Shown: piece after piece, positions 34,404-48,190 of the stretch
Numbering within the stretch: position 1 is the stretch's first letter
Layout: each line of letters opens with the position of its first letter
DNA from: Leidyana gryllorum EB-2025a
Lineage: Eukaryota; Protista; Apicomplexa
Direction of reading: 5' to 3'
NCBI GenBank assembly: GCA_048772705.1
Contig: JBLWGC010000208.1
Coordinates: 248,001-312,000 of the forward strand
DNA length: 64,000 nt
Translations under genes and position numbers: made by a program
Notes under the pieces: generated by a model
Told to the model about the DNA's origin: nothing
The model's database searches: none
The model's input: only the letters and a program-made list of their open reading frames with translations

Positions 34404-35676
34404 ATGAAGGTCAACATACACAAGCGAAACCAACGCTTCCTGGGGCAGGTCGAAGTCGACCCAGAAGCCACAGTCGAGGAGTTCAAGTTGGCCTTCTACC
34501 ACCAGTGTACGTGAAATACCTCTACCGTTCCCACATCGAGTTTTCTGCAGTCCACTACTATCCAGAACGTCAACGTTTCACCACCAAAGACCGTAAGTCG
34601 TCTCAACACACACGTTTCGCACGAGAAATCACACTTTAGCACGAGGTCCGGTCGTGTGCGATGGGCGATTGAAGGACTATGCTATAGAGGAAGGGTCCGT
34701 TCTGTACTTCAAGGATCTCGGAGTGCAAATCAGTTGGCGACTGGTCTTCGTCCTCGAGTATCTCGGACCCCTTCTGTTATTCCCCATATTCTATGGACTC
34801 CCCCAACTAGTTTACAACCAGCCGGTGACGCACAACCTCACTCAAAAGTAGGTGTATCACACCGCAGCGTTGATCTTGCTGCTCACTCACTGGACACTGT
34901 GCAGACTGGCCTTCTCAATGGTCATGGGACACTTCCTGAAGCGCGAGTTTGAAACCCTGTTCATCCACCGCTTTTCAAACGCCACTATGCCGATCATTCG
35001 TCTTCCTGTGAACTGTTTCCACTACTGGTGAGTGTATTGTGTGTTGTGTCGGCGGCACTGGCATCCAGGATCCTTTGTGGGCTTGCGATTGGATACTTTG
35101 TATTCCACCCCAAGTATATGGCACCTATTGATTCTCCACTGGTCAACTTTGCTCTGCTCGGCCTATTCGTGGTAAGGCTGGACGACTGCTCTCTTTGGTC
35201 TGTCAAGTCGCTTTCAGCTCTTTGAAGTCCTCAACTTGCAAACGCACGTAGTTCTCCGAGAATTGCGCCCACGCGGCACTCGCCAGCGCGGGATCCCAAG
35301 AGTAAGGAACTCTATACACATCGCTCTCTCCCTTTTCCCAGTCGGGGGCGCTCTTATACCGACACCTTTCACTCTTCCGCCCCCTCCCCTTTCCAGTATC
35401 AACATTTTGTCACAGGGCTGGGGTTTCGATCTGGTATCATGTGCAAACTATTTCTGGGAGTCCCTTGTGTGGTTGACCTTTGCTATTATGGCGGGAACTT
35501 TGACAGCCTGGGTCTTCTTGGTTGTGGCTGTTGGACAGATGACTCAATGGGCTCTCAAGAAACACGGCTCTTATCGCAAAACGTTCGCGGACTATCCCAA
35601 GTAAGTTTCGAGCAGACCCTCTGTGTACTGCAACTCTGACAGGTCACGAAAAGCCATATTCCCGTATATACTGTAA
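34404..35676 (+). CDS. TECR: Very-long-chain enoyl-CoA reductase (TECR/Tsc13), multi-exon
   Basis: Motifs YPERQRF, FKDLGVQISWRLVFVLEYLGP, HFLKREFETLFIHRFSNATMP, FDLVSCANYFWE, QWALKKH and RKAIFPY. Confidence 0.93.
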
Positions 35677-35712
35677 TTTTACTAGCTTTTTTCCGCTTCA
35701 AAACCCATCAAC

Positions 35713-36214
35713 ATGTCCTCCAATATTCAGTTCTGCAAGGAATGGTGAGCTTCTATAGAGTCATTCATCACTCCTACCTACCAGCCGCAATGTCCTGCAG
35801 CCCAAGGAAGATAAGCAGGCGCGCATGCTGATGCTTCTGTGCCGTACCTGCAATAATGTCACCTACGCCAACCAGTCTGACCACAGTCAGAATTGTATTG
35901 AAGTCCAGAATTTCAATTTCAGCTCGGTGTAAGTGTGGCACAGCCTGCGTCGCTCATTTCCCATCTCGCACAGAGAGGATGTCAACTCTCATATTCTGCC
36001 CGGACTGGACAAAGATCCCACACTCCCACGTCACGCCGATTGGGAATGTCCCAGCTGCGGCAAGAAGGGCGCTGTCTACTTTCAACTGCCCGAGAGAGTG
36101 GCTGACGATGCCATGACATTAGTCTACGTCTGTATCCATTGCACGTTCTATGAGGTGAAGGGCAAAGTTACCGAGGAGGACGATGATGATGGCATGGAGG
36201 ATACCGGAATGTGA
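35713..36214 (+). CDS. RPB9: RNA polymerase II subunit RPB9 (3 exons)
   Basis: Motifs FCKECRNVLQPKEDK, CRTC, DPTLPR, CPSC...AVYFQ and MTLVYVCIHC. Confidence 0.92.
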
Positions 36215-36518
36215 CACACAAAGTACAATGAACCACTCGTGGTGGGGACGTTGATATCTACCATATGACGGAAGCAACGGAGAACGGGGGGATTCTTCGG
36301 ATATTCGGACGACTGCGTCCGTCCGTCAGTCCGTCTGCATCCCTCCTTCTCCCATCTCCCAATCTCCCAATCGCCCAATCGCCCCCTCACCCCTCCCGCG
36401 CACTCAAATCGGATCTACAGCGCCCGCGATATAAGAAAGGCTGGCTCAGAACGACGAATTAGGCGTCGGCTACCGATTGGACTGCGCCCTGCTGCTGGCT
36501 GGCCAGCCCATCTCAACA

Positions 36519-38668
36519 TCACTCGCTGGCGCTGTCAATCATAGCAGCCTCTGTGTAGTTGAAGGCAGGAAGGACATCGTAGTGAGCTACCCAGTCGAAC
36601 AAACTATTGATCTGGCCTCTCTGAAGGTTTTGCCATAGCCATGGCTCTCCAACGTTGACTACTCCCACTTCTTCATATTCCTCCACTGGCAATGAGAGCA
36701 TTGGAAAGTCTTTGGGGATGGCCGCGACGATTTGTTGATGCAATGTTGCGAACCGTTGGCGAGAATGGGGACCCAGCGAGTTGAGCGCGAATCGCTGGGG
36801 AAGCTTTCCGCACGCCGTCTCGTCTCTCGATATGTACCACGCCTGAGGATCGGGCTCCGCTGTGCAAAGCTGCATCGGTAAACAGGGCTGAGGATCGTCG
36901 ACGGCAACGCAGAGGGCCGAAAGTGTGGCCATGGAGTATGTTCCTGTGGCCATCTCCAGCATGGCGTCTGCCCAGAGCCAGCCGTAGTACGAGAGGTGCC
37001 ATGGGATCACTTTGACGAGTGTTTGGTACTCGCGGAACACTGTGAAAGCCGTTAGATAAACCCTCAGTATATCAGCTGATTGCCATAAAGTGCGGCTCAG
37101 AATGATATATTGGATCTGCATTCTTTTGATCACTTTGACCAGATCGCATCCCGCCAAATCATCATCTGGACACAAAATCATTGTCCGGCGACAGTGACTC
37201 GGCCATCGCAATCTTTCTCCTTCTCGATCCCACGTGATGGGAACTCGAGGCTCCACTCTCCGATACCCGCGCAGTCCATTGGTCAAATCGAGCCATTCTT
37301 CGTATTTGAGAACAATCTCTTTCAAGTCGGAACACGCGAGCAGAGACAAAGGCAGCTCGTCAGCCAAATAGTCATCCCGATGAACGCAACGGTCTGCGCC
37401 GCCCGGGTATTTTCCGCGTAAATGGAACCGACGTGTTCGGGTGACGGCAGTCTGGAGAGCCATCGGAAACCCAAAGGACCCGTCGAGTTTGACAAATCGA
37501 CGCCGCAGTCTCTCTTCGACTTCAACGCTCTCGAGGGTGGGGAGGACTGGAACGCATTGAATGCTCGGCACAAACTGCAAATGTCGACTCAGGTCGCTCG
37601 TTTGCCGCAGGCGTTCGTACGCCTCCGTCCCGGCATACAGCTGCTGCACATCGGTCCATCGGGACAGACACCATTTGATTAGGGGTGGAACGTGTTGATT
37701 CAAGTAGGCCTGTAGAGTCTTGACTCCCTCAGATAGCTGTTGCACAGAATCGGCGTCCCTGCAGACAGCGAGTGTGGAGACGGGGTTCGATGGTACATGT
37801 TGAGTGCTTACCACACACTGCGGTTGTCGTAGAAGGATATGGATCCATGCTGCTCGAATCCCAAGACTTGACAAACCTCGTGCCACACTTGGATATCGCC
37901 GACGTAGAAACAGTATGGGATACAGCATACAGTCTCCTCTCTTTCATCGACGTCGGCGTCGCATTCGTCACCCTCAGCGGAGTTTGGATCCGACGGCGGA
38001 CATTGCAGCGGGACCGTCTTGATCTTCTCCAGGAGTTGGATAACTTCGGAGGAGGACCGGAAGCGTATGTGTCCCATGATGGCCCAATTGGCGAGTTTGA
38101 TGTCTTTGACGAGCATTTCTTCCTCAAAATCCTTCTTTGATGAGAGAGGGGTGCGATCCTCCCAACCGCCATTGCAGATAAGCTGCGCTTTATTTCGGTC
38201 GAATCCCGTGATGTTGAGGTCAGTGTGTAAAGGACAGATGAGAAACTCGAGTTTGGGGACAATGAATTGGGTTTTGGGGACGAGGAACGTTCCAATTCTG
38301 AGTACAGTGAGGGACGGGAGAGTGATAGTGAGGGGTAAATTCAACAAAGCAGCCACTGAGAGGTTGAGTATGGTGAGATAGGGCGGTTGTGTGGTTAGAA
38401 TTTCGGTGACGATCGTTAGAATAGGCCATCGCAGTGAGGGTGAGGATACACTGATATATGTTGCCCCTTTGATGGAACGTTTCAATAAACTCCGACCATA
38501 GGGAAGCGCTTTGACGAAAGATGGGATTGGGTCATTATCGTCGATGGTGATGTGTCTTCGCACATAGTGATGCGCTATCCGGTCGCGTATGGCCTTGTTG
38601 AGGAGCGTGAGTCGGGGGAACTCGTGCCAGGAGAGAAAGTCGAGCACTCCATCTATAAATTGCTCCAT
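36519..38668 (-). CDS. Hypothetical protein with a possible N-terminal F-box-like motif and Leu-rich segment (2 exons)
   Basis: A 53-nt GT-AG intron at 37759-37811 joins the 286-aa and 469-aa ORFs in frame (RSVW/DADSV). The N-terminus reads IDGVLDFLSWHEFPRLTLLNK. Confidence 0.55.
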
Positions 38669-38845
38669 TTTCGGGGTGAAACTTGATAGCCATGATGGTC
38701 ACCACGTCATTGGTACCGCTTCGGCAGGGTTGGAGGCCAGAATAGTGTTAGGGGTTCGGTCTCCGCTTCAAGAGTGAGGGACCACAATGGTTTTTTGGGT
38801 GTGAATGGAGAGTTTGAGAGTGACGGCCTATAGTGATTAGATAGC

Positions 38846-41236
38846 ATGTTGGCGGCGGCGGCTTCTGAGACTGCGGAGCCTTCCAACACCAGTCAACCAC
38901 CCAGCCTCCTTCCTGGAGATTCGACACGACAAAGCCCCTCATTGGTAAGATCCTCCGAGTGAGAGCGAGAGAACGACTTGTACACACACACGGCGGTCTC
39001 CAGATCGGAATACAGCAGCAGCAGCCGAAGGCGCGGTACAATGAAGCTATCGCGTTTTCCTACAAGAACTATCTGCGAGCGGTCTCGTGTGCATTGGTCA
39101 ATATGCTGCCCTTTCAATGGAGAGCTCGACAGTCTAAATGCGTCATGTTGGGGCGACAATATGATATTGCCTGCCAAAAGGACTATCAAGAATTCATCAG
39201 TGACTTTACATCTCGACTTCTTCTGACGTATCGCTGCAAGTTCTCACCTCTACCGTGCACTGACCATCAGAATGCCGGCGGCGAACTCTCCAATGTACCT
39301 TCTCCGAATGAACCTTCCAACATTATGAACCCTCCCCCTCCCCAACGGCGCAAGACATTCGCGGTTTTTCGCACTCGCTCCACCAGCACTGGGGGCGGCG
39401 GCACCGTCCCCGAACCAACGACGACGTCTCTCCCGTTAACCTCAGATGAAGGATGGGGATGTATGATTCGAGTATTTCAAATGGCTGTCGCTCAGATTGT
39501 CATGACACTGACACTCGGACGCAACTGGCGACGGCCCTCTCAGCGGTACATTCTGGGTTACGGCCCGCCGTCTCTGCAAGAAGCCACCTCCAGTGCCCCC
39601 GACAATCGCAGTGTGGACCGACACAGCCAGACCACCAACCCTCCTCCTCCTCCGCCCACTAAACGCTCCCGATCTCTCCTCTTTGGAGGCTTTCGACTCA
39701 ACAGACACCCACCCCCGCCTCCGGCATCGTCAGACCCGCCCCCAACTGATCAAGAGCAGGAGCAGTCGCAGTCGCACACACAAGAGCCTCCGCCACCCGC
39801 ACAACCCGGCCACTGCACACCTTCACCACGCACATTAGAACCCTCAGTCCTACTCAAAGGACTCGAGACCTCTTTCTTGGACACCAGTATATATCCTTGG
39901 AACATCGTCCCAGCCCTCTCACTGGTTCGAGACGACCCCTCAGCTCGTTTCAGTGTACACCGAGTGGTTTGGTTTGGGCATAATGTACTCGGAATAAAGG
40001 CAGGCGAGTGGTTTGGGCCCACGAGCTGCGCTCAGTGTATCACACATCTCATCAATGGCTATGAAATCATTCATCATTCCATCACATCGCCGCCTGAGCT
40101 CGTGTACCCCTTGAAGCTTCACGCTCGCGAAGTACATGCTGTCCATTCCGAGGATGGTATCCTCCCGAGATATCAGGTAAAGCCCAAACAAATCCACTTT
40201 CCCCCGCGTCAGAGCTGCCCGAGCCCCCCTTGCACCCCCACATGTGTCTTTCTCAGTTGATACCGCTTTTGGAGAGTTTGTTACCCCGAGAACGGTACAT
40301 CGATCGGCTGCGATCGATAGCCAAATCGCGGAATGGGGCCGTTGACTCTAATCCGTGCTCCCCCGGCGACGTTGCTGAAGAGCTGCCTGGAGACTGTGTG
40401 CAGCGAATGAAGAGTGTTGACGACGCCGGCGCGGGAGACGAGACAAGTTCGGGAGAAGAAGCTGCGGGGCGGACCGCTTTTGACAATACTGAGACTGAAG
40501 ATACGAGTGGGAGGGCTGTTGTACTCTTTATCAGCCTACGGCTTGGATTAACATACTTTAACCTGCGATATCAAAAGATGCTGCAATCGTGTTTTCAAAT
40601 GGAGTGCTTTCAAGGTCTCGCAGGAGGAGGACCCCTCACCAGTGCCTATTGGTTTGTGGCGTGCACTGACGAACATTTGTACTATTTGGACCCCCACAGT
40701 CCCGTGCAGGTGAGTCAGGGAGAGAAGAGGGGGGAGCCCAATCTTTGTGTGTGCAGCCGGCCATGCTGAGTGTGTCAGCGGACGCTGAGGTTGAAGTGGT
40801 GGACAGCAAGACGTCGGTGTGCAGTGAAGGAGATCTCGACACGGAAATTGATGATCGGCATCATCAACGATCGTGTGCTGTTGCCTGTTTGAGATTCAAT
40901 GACCGAATTTGTCCCAAAGGCGAGGTCGATAACATGTTCTTCCCGCGTTCACCTCACCAACTGCCCTGGCATTCCCTAAATCCGTCAATGACTCTCGTAT
41001 TCCTCGTCAAGGTAAACCAATAACGGGTTAGCCATTTGTGTCATTCTCCCTCCTTCCCTGACCTCTCAATACTCCTTTCTTTGGTGCAGTCGGTGGCAGA
41101 GTTCGAAACGCTGTTGGGGGATCTGGAGAGAGTGGACACGGAGCACTGCCTGGACATACAGAACGACCCCCCGTTTTCTCGACCAGAGGTGGATTCCTCC
41201 AAACCATATGAGGATGACGGATTCTTCGTACTCTAG
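38846..41236 (+). CDS. ATG4: Autophagy cysteine protease ATG4 (peptidase C54), multi-exon
   Basis: Motifs LLLTYRCKF, SDEGWGCMIR, GEWFGP, GLAGGGP..AYWFV, YYLDPH and LNPSM, with an acidic C-terminus EDDGFFVL. Confidence 0.92.
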
Positions 41237-41379
41237 CGAGAGAGGCGAGCGAAAGAGAGACATACACAAAGAAGGAACTGACTCCTTCGACGACCATCCC
41301 TTCCACCCCTCACCCTTTCCTTCCTCAAAGCCTTTTCCCCTCCTTCCTCCTCCTGTGGTAGTTAGTAAAATTCGTGAAT

Positions 41380-42474
41380 ATGACTGTTAACAACGACTCT
41401 AGAAGAGGCAGTGTTGCATCGTCGACAACGTATGCCTCGTCGATTGGACGACGCTGTAATGTAAACTATAAGGTCGGTGATACCGTTACAGTGAGAGCTC
41501 CAGCTACAACGGCGAATCTTGGGTGCGGGTTCGATGTGTTCGGTTTGGCCTTGGATCTGTGGCTGACATTGACGGTCAAAGTGGTTTCTCATGACTTCCA
41601 GTTTGCGTTCATCGGCCAAGACATTGACCCGCATCTGCCAACTGATGACAGCAATGCCATCGTTCTCGCATTTTTGGTCGGTCTGCGGCATCTACGTGCC
41701 TCACCCCCAGGGGGTGTGAATTTTGACTTCATCTGTGCCAATGACGTGCCGGTTGGTCGTGGACTCGGAAGCTCTGCGACCGCCATTGTGGCTGGACTGG
41801 GTGCCGCCTTTGTGCTGTGCGGGCGTCAACTGGAAGACCTACGCACTCTACAGGAAATATCAATTCTCGCTTGCCGTCGGGAGGGACATCCTGACAATGT
41901 TCTTCCAGCAATCTTCGGCAACATGCAGATAGGAGTAATCAGAACAACGGACGACGTTCGCCTCTGCTTGGAGTCGGACGAGTGTGGAATTGGCGACTAC
42001 ATCATGCAGAAGGTGCCCTTCCCTTCCGACGATCTGGAGTGTTTGATCTACGTACCCAAGAGCAAGTTGAGCACTCAGCAGGCGCGCAAGCTGCTACCTG
42101 ATACTTATGACAAAACCCACGTTGTGAGTAATGTCGGACGGGCCAGCATTCTCGTTGCTGCTCTGCTGCTTAAGGACTACGGGAATCTTAAGTTTGCGAT
42201 GGAAGACAAGATGCATCAACCATACCGAAAAGATATGTGTCCCGGCTACGAGATTTTGAAGAATGCCAGTGGGGTAACGGATGCACTGGCACTATATATA
42301 TCTGGAGCTGGACCTTCCATCGTGACACTTTGCCGTCAACAAGACACCCAAACCGTCTTGGAGGATTACATGACACTCTGCAGCTCCTACCTGGAGGACG
42401 AGGGAAAGTTTATGGTATGCAAGGTTTCAGACCGGGGAGTGGAGGCCTGTTCTAAACATTTGAGCCGGCTTTGA
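41380..42474 (+). CDS. thrB: Homoserine kinase (GHMP family), intronless
   Basis: Motifs VRAPATTANLGCGFDVFGLAL, PVGRGLGSSA, EGHPDNV, DKMHQPYR and ISGAGPS. Confidence 0.92.
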   Translation: MTVNNDSRRGSVASSTTYASSIGRRCNVNYKVGDTVTVRAPATTANLGCGFDVFGLALDLWLTLTVKVVSHDFQFAFIGQDIDPHLPTDDSNAIVLAFLVGLRHLRASPPGGVNFDFICANDVPVGRGLGSSATAIVAGLGAAFVLCGRQLEDLRTLQEISILACRREGHPDNVLPAIFGNMQIGVIRTTDDVRLCLESDECGIGDYIMQKVPFPSDDLECLIYVPKSKLSTQQARKLLPDTYDKTHVVSNVGRASILVAALLLKDYGNLKFAMEDKMHQPYRKDMCPGYEILKNASGVTDALALYISGAGPSIVTLCRQQDTQTVLEDYMTLCSSYLEDEGKFMVCKVSDRGVEACSKHLSRL

Positions 42475-42612
42475 TTTCGTAGAACAGAGACTTTGCGCGT
42501 GTAAATAACTCAGCTCATTCGCGGGCACTTCAGTCACTCAGACACAGAGAGGTTCAACCTCCACCAACTGACGAACAACAGATACGCTGCTCCACAGGAA
42601 AAACAACTCGCT

Positions 42613-44017
<1,405 letters not shown>

Positions 44018-44242
44018 TGTTGGGCCCTGCGATGTAATAGACAAAATTAAGCCCGCGAGCCCAAATAATTCTCACCAGACTACCCTGCCGAACTGAGCCT
44101 TCTGTACAGCTTTTTGGGGTGTGCGCAACCTAACTTGGACTTCGACAGTAGTGGAGCAATCGGGGGAACACTCTCCCATATAGAACAAACAAATGTGCCT
44201 TTCGATAGATGTACATGCCCAAGTTTGTGTACCAAATAAATC

Positions 44243-45967
44243 ATGAATAATCGGCTCCCATCGGACCCGATGGATATCCGAGTGCCGCGTAAGAAGCCAC
44301 AGCCACCGCCCAAGACCCCCCCACAGTCTGCAGCGGACCCTGAAGCTTCTTTTCTGCTGCGTGCGTTGGACACACTTGCCTTGGACCCCAGCCACGAAGA
44401 CACTATAGCTGTGGAGAATGTTTGGAAGAAAGGGCAGGCGATGACCACACAGTCGGTTCCCTCTGTGGTCCAAGTAACAGCCTTTGTGGGGCAGATGTTC
44501 GTGCTGCACTTTCGCAAGGTGGACCATCATGAGTACCTGAATTGGGACTTCAGAGCCCCCGAGCACCGGCGCATCAATAAGAGCCGTCTTCTAAACGTTC
44601 TGCCACCCCCCCTTCCCGCGATGCTCAAGTATGGAGCTGTTCGCAAATGCGTAGAGGACTACTTTGACTTAAACCTGACTCATATGAGTTCGGCTGTACG
44701 TAAGCTGGTGTGTGCAGTACACTCGAGAATGTTTGAACTGAAACTGGTGCGCGACGAAGACCTTCAGTTCCAGAACGAGTCGGCACACGACACACAGCAG
44801 CTGCCGTGTGCGTCAACGCAGCCAGCGGCGCAAGCGTCTTCATCCACGTTGTCGCAACAACAAGCGTCATCCCAGCAGCAGCAACCTCCCTCATCATCCC
44901 GCTCGTCTACGAACGCCCCTCAAGCGCCCCTTACATGGTACGACAACCGTATTGCACGTCGGAGAGAGGCTGAGCAACAACAACAACTATTGCAACAAGA
45001 AGATATGAATTCACTGTCTCAACGGTCATCCAAGACCGCGCCCAATGATACAGGAGGTGTCCGCCGGTCTCCGGGGGACCGAAGAGGTCCGCCACCTACC
45101 ATCGAGCCTCGTCGCAGTGTCTGGGACGACCGACGACGCACCATGGTGCCTTTGTCGTCATCGGGTAAAAACGGTAATGATTCCGGGCTAACGTCGGAGG
45201 ACGATGGACGTCGGCCGAAACGGCAGACGTCCAAGATGAATTTAGGAGTGCTGGATGGTACGGTTCCCAGCGGTACGAGAGTGATTGGCGATAAGCGGGA
45301 GACGAGTTTCGCTGGGCTGGGCGTTAAACGCGTTGTACGTAATGGACACAATGGATGGCTGGCGACCTTCGAGTTAGACGACGACGATTTGAGCGACGAC
45401 GAGGTTCCGGAGCGACGGAACATCATGACCACGAAACGAGTGGAATTCACCCCTGCACAGTACGGCTCCGAAGATGCTGCAAAGATCGCAGCTGAAGCCT
45501 TTGTCTTCAAGGTCGAGAAGGGGTGCCAGACCGAGACTGCTGCCGACGACCGACCTCCTTCCAGCCGCATCAAGCGAGAAGTGAAACCAAACAGTAATGT
45601 CCCAACGACGACAACGACTGCCAACTGGAGGCCTAACCCAATCTGGAATCCTGTGGCGCACTGTAGCACCTGTTCGTGCACGGACTCGACTGACATTCAT
45701 TGTCGTACGTGCTGTTGTAGCAAGTGGAAGGGGACTAACGGTCCCTCGAGGCGTCAAATACGTAATGGACCCGACTTGATCACCAAGGTCGCGCTCAGAC
45801 GAGCTTCTCCATATTGGGATAGTTGGTTTGAGAGCCTTTGGCGCTCCAGTCCGCCGCCAGCTCCTCCGCCGGCTGCGGACTCCGCCTCTTCCACTACCTT
45901 TCCTTCCTTTGACCTTCTCACCACTCAAGTGTCGACTGCTGACATCGACAATGCCCTACTCAACTAA
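44243..45967 (+). CDS. ApiAP2-type DNA-binding protein (one AP2-like domain), intronless
   Basis: GVKRVVRNGHNGWLATF...RVEFTPAQYGSEDAAKIAAEAF fits the AP2 pattern GV...W.A...F...YG..A...A, and the linkers are Q/S/P-rich. Confidence 0.7.
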   Translation: MNNRLPSDPMDIRVPRKKPQPPPKTPPQSAADPEASFLLRALDTLALDPSHEDTIAVENVWKKGQAMTTQSVPSVVQVTAFVGQMFVLHFRKVDHHEYLNWDFRAPEHRRINKSRLLNVLPPPLPAMLKYGAVRKCVEDYFDLNLTHMSSAVRKLVCAVHSRMFELKLVRDEDLQFQNESAHDTQQLPCASTQPAAQASSSTLSQQQASSQQQQPPSSSRSSTNAPQAPLTWYDNRIARRREAEQQQQLLQQEDMNSLSQRSSKTAPNDTGGVRRSPGDRRGPPPTIEPRRSVWDDRRRTMVPLSSSGKNGNDSGLTSEDDGRRPKRQTSKMNLGVLDGTVPSGTRVIGDKRETSFAGLGVKRVVRNGHNGWLATFELDDDDLSDDEVPERRNIMTTKRVEFTPAQYGSEDAAKIAAEAFVFKVEKGCQTETAADDRPPSSRIKREVKPNSNVPTTTTTANWRPNPIWNPVAHCSTCSCTDSTDIHCRTCCCSKWKGTNGPSRRQIRNGPDLITKVALRRASPYWDSWFESLWRSSPPPAPPPAADSASSTTFPSFDLLTTQVSTADIDNALLN

Positions 45968-48087
45968 CTAAGTAGAAGAAGTATGAGGCTTCTTTCGGTA
46001 GTCATTCTTTGGTTTGATAGTCACAGCTCCGCTGGAACTGTCACTTGATGGAGTCCTAGATAGTTTCTCCTTTGTTTTCTTTTGTTGCTCTGGGATGAGT
46101 GCTATTGGTGGTGATGACGAGATAGCAGGTTCGGGTGGCAAATCCCACCCTTGTGCTGGCTGTGCCCATCCCACCACCATCTTGCCACTCGCAGTGTCCG
46201 ACGAAGACGGTAGTGACTGTGCCGGCGCCACCTCCCTCTGTTGTGCCCCCTTCCGCTTCTTCTTCTTAGTTAGATTGTTTTGAGGAACCGGTGTGGTCGC
46301 AATCTCCCCTCTCCGACTTGCGTCCACACCTGGCCCGATGTACCAGTCTTCCACACCCTTCGCCAACTTCCATTTCCTCCGCGGTCGATTTGATCCCAAA
46401 ATCATTCGCGACCGCACCAGAAATTCATCCAATCGAGACTCGTAATTCTCCTGGGACTCCGGCCCAATGCGCCGATGACACCACTTGGACCACGCCGATG
46501 GATCACTTGGACTCGGGGCTTTGGTTTCGTAACTAGACTTCTTGTCCATACGATGCTCGAGCTCGGCTCGGGCTATCAATGTCATGAACACGTCCGTAGA
46601 CGCATACTCCTTTTGATCTTCACTCAACTTCACGGCGTCCCAAGACGACATCCGAACGCTCTTCACGTCGGCAGAGTCTTTCCGAAGCTTAAAGTCAAAA
46701 TACTCTTTCAGTAAGTCAATCGCTGGCTTTTGATCAGCGAGATTTCGTAACTCTTCGGCCCTCTGCACAACAGACAAACTCATCCTTAGCGAGCGAGCGA
46801 GCCCTTACCTCTATTCGAGTGAAATAATGCCCCTCGATGGCCCGTAAATCATTAGAAATTCCGTCTCCAACTTTACAAATCTCCGGATTCACGAGGAAAT
46901 CCAATAGCAGTGGGCATTGTCGTAGATCCAGAAACTTCAGATACGGGTCGCGAGCCCTCAACTTCATGAGATCAAAAGATGTGGGCTCCACGGGGCTCTG
47001 AGGAAGCGCAAACAATGACGATCAATTACAGCACACTTAACATCGAAACAACAACAACACACGCGAGTTCGACGTAGCATCGGAAGACACACCAAGCAGC
47101 GACAGACGCATATAAGAGGAGTCAGGGGCACAAAATAGTGGAGCAGTGACATTCTTACGCTGTAGCCCGGAGTCGGTACATTGCAAATGGGTATATGTGG
47201 CTGTTGGCTGTGCCCCGCCTTCCGATACAAGCGAATAAGAGCAATCTCCTGGTGGTCAGCGACTTGCAGAAGAGAAGGCGGTGTCGAACTGTGTGCTGTT
47301 CTAAACAAATCGGCTCGAACTGGGCCCTATTAAATTGCATCTCTCTAATTGATTCGCCATGACATCAGATTCTCACCTTACTGGGCCACTCACAGTCAAA
47401 CGCCACTCGAACCTTCGGAGGACTTCCCAATTTCTCTTTGAAATCCACACCCTTCCAATGCTTGCTCTCAGCACGGCTCGGCGGTCTGCGCCCTGCTCTC
47501 CTTGCTAACACCATCTCCTGACACCTGACTAATGATCCGGACGAGGGAGGCTCTGAGGGAGGTTCAGATGCCGGCTCAGAGGCACTAGCGACTTCATGCT
47601 CAAACGCATTCGGGACGTTCCGCTCAGAAGTAGTTGGGACTTCCCGCTCTTCGTCCCTTTGATCGAAGTCACACACAGATTCCTCCTGCAGTGACGCTTC
47701 CACTCCGTCAGTGGCTGGATATTCCATCACATCGGACACTGGCGTACTGAGGTTGACATAAAGAGGATCAGAGTCCTCTTTGAAACCGGAAGGTCCGGTC
47801 TCCAAGTCGTCAACTGGCGACATCACTTGTTTCTCCGTACTTGGTGTGGGCTCCACCTCATACCGCACGACGCCAATTCGCTGAAAGCTCCGAGGCCTTG
47901 GTCCTTGCTCACGGTGAAGGTCGTCTAGATGCTGCAACCCGAGCTCAGAGGGGTTGACTCTGTACTTTACGTATATCTTCTCTCGCAACCACTGCTCAAC
48001 AGCGATTTCCGTATCCAAAACTCGCACGGTAGGCGGGGGGAGTCCAACACAATTACTGAAGTCCTTCAGTAGCCCTTCTAACCCCAT
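45968..48087 (-). CDS. DEDDy 3'-5' exonuclease (WRN/EXD2-like), multi-exon
   Basis: ExoI VAFDCEW, SLLQVA, ExoII KVGDGISNDL, and ExoIII RMSSWDAVKLSEDQKEYASTDV. The start is uncertain. Confidence 0.85.
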
Positions 48088-48190
48088 AACTTCCCAATTT
48101 TTGACCGCGGCCCACAACGTGCCGGCCTGCACCCCGTGTCTCCCACACACAATGCCCACACGCCGTCTGTCTACCATCAGCTCCACTGAA

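Noticed and set aside
37729-37928. Overlapping same-strand ORFs suggesting a programmed frameshift
   Set aside because: A canonical 53-nt GT-AG intron (37759-37811) explains the frame change.
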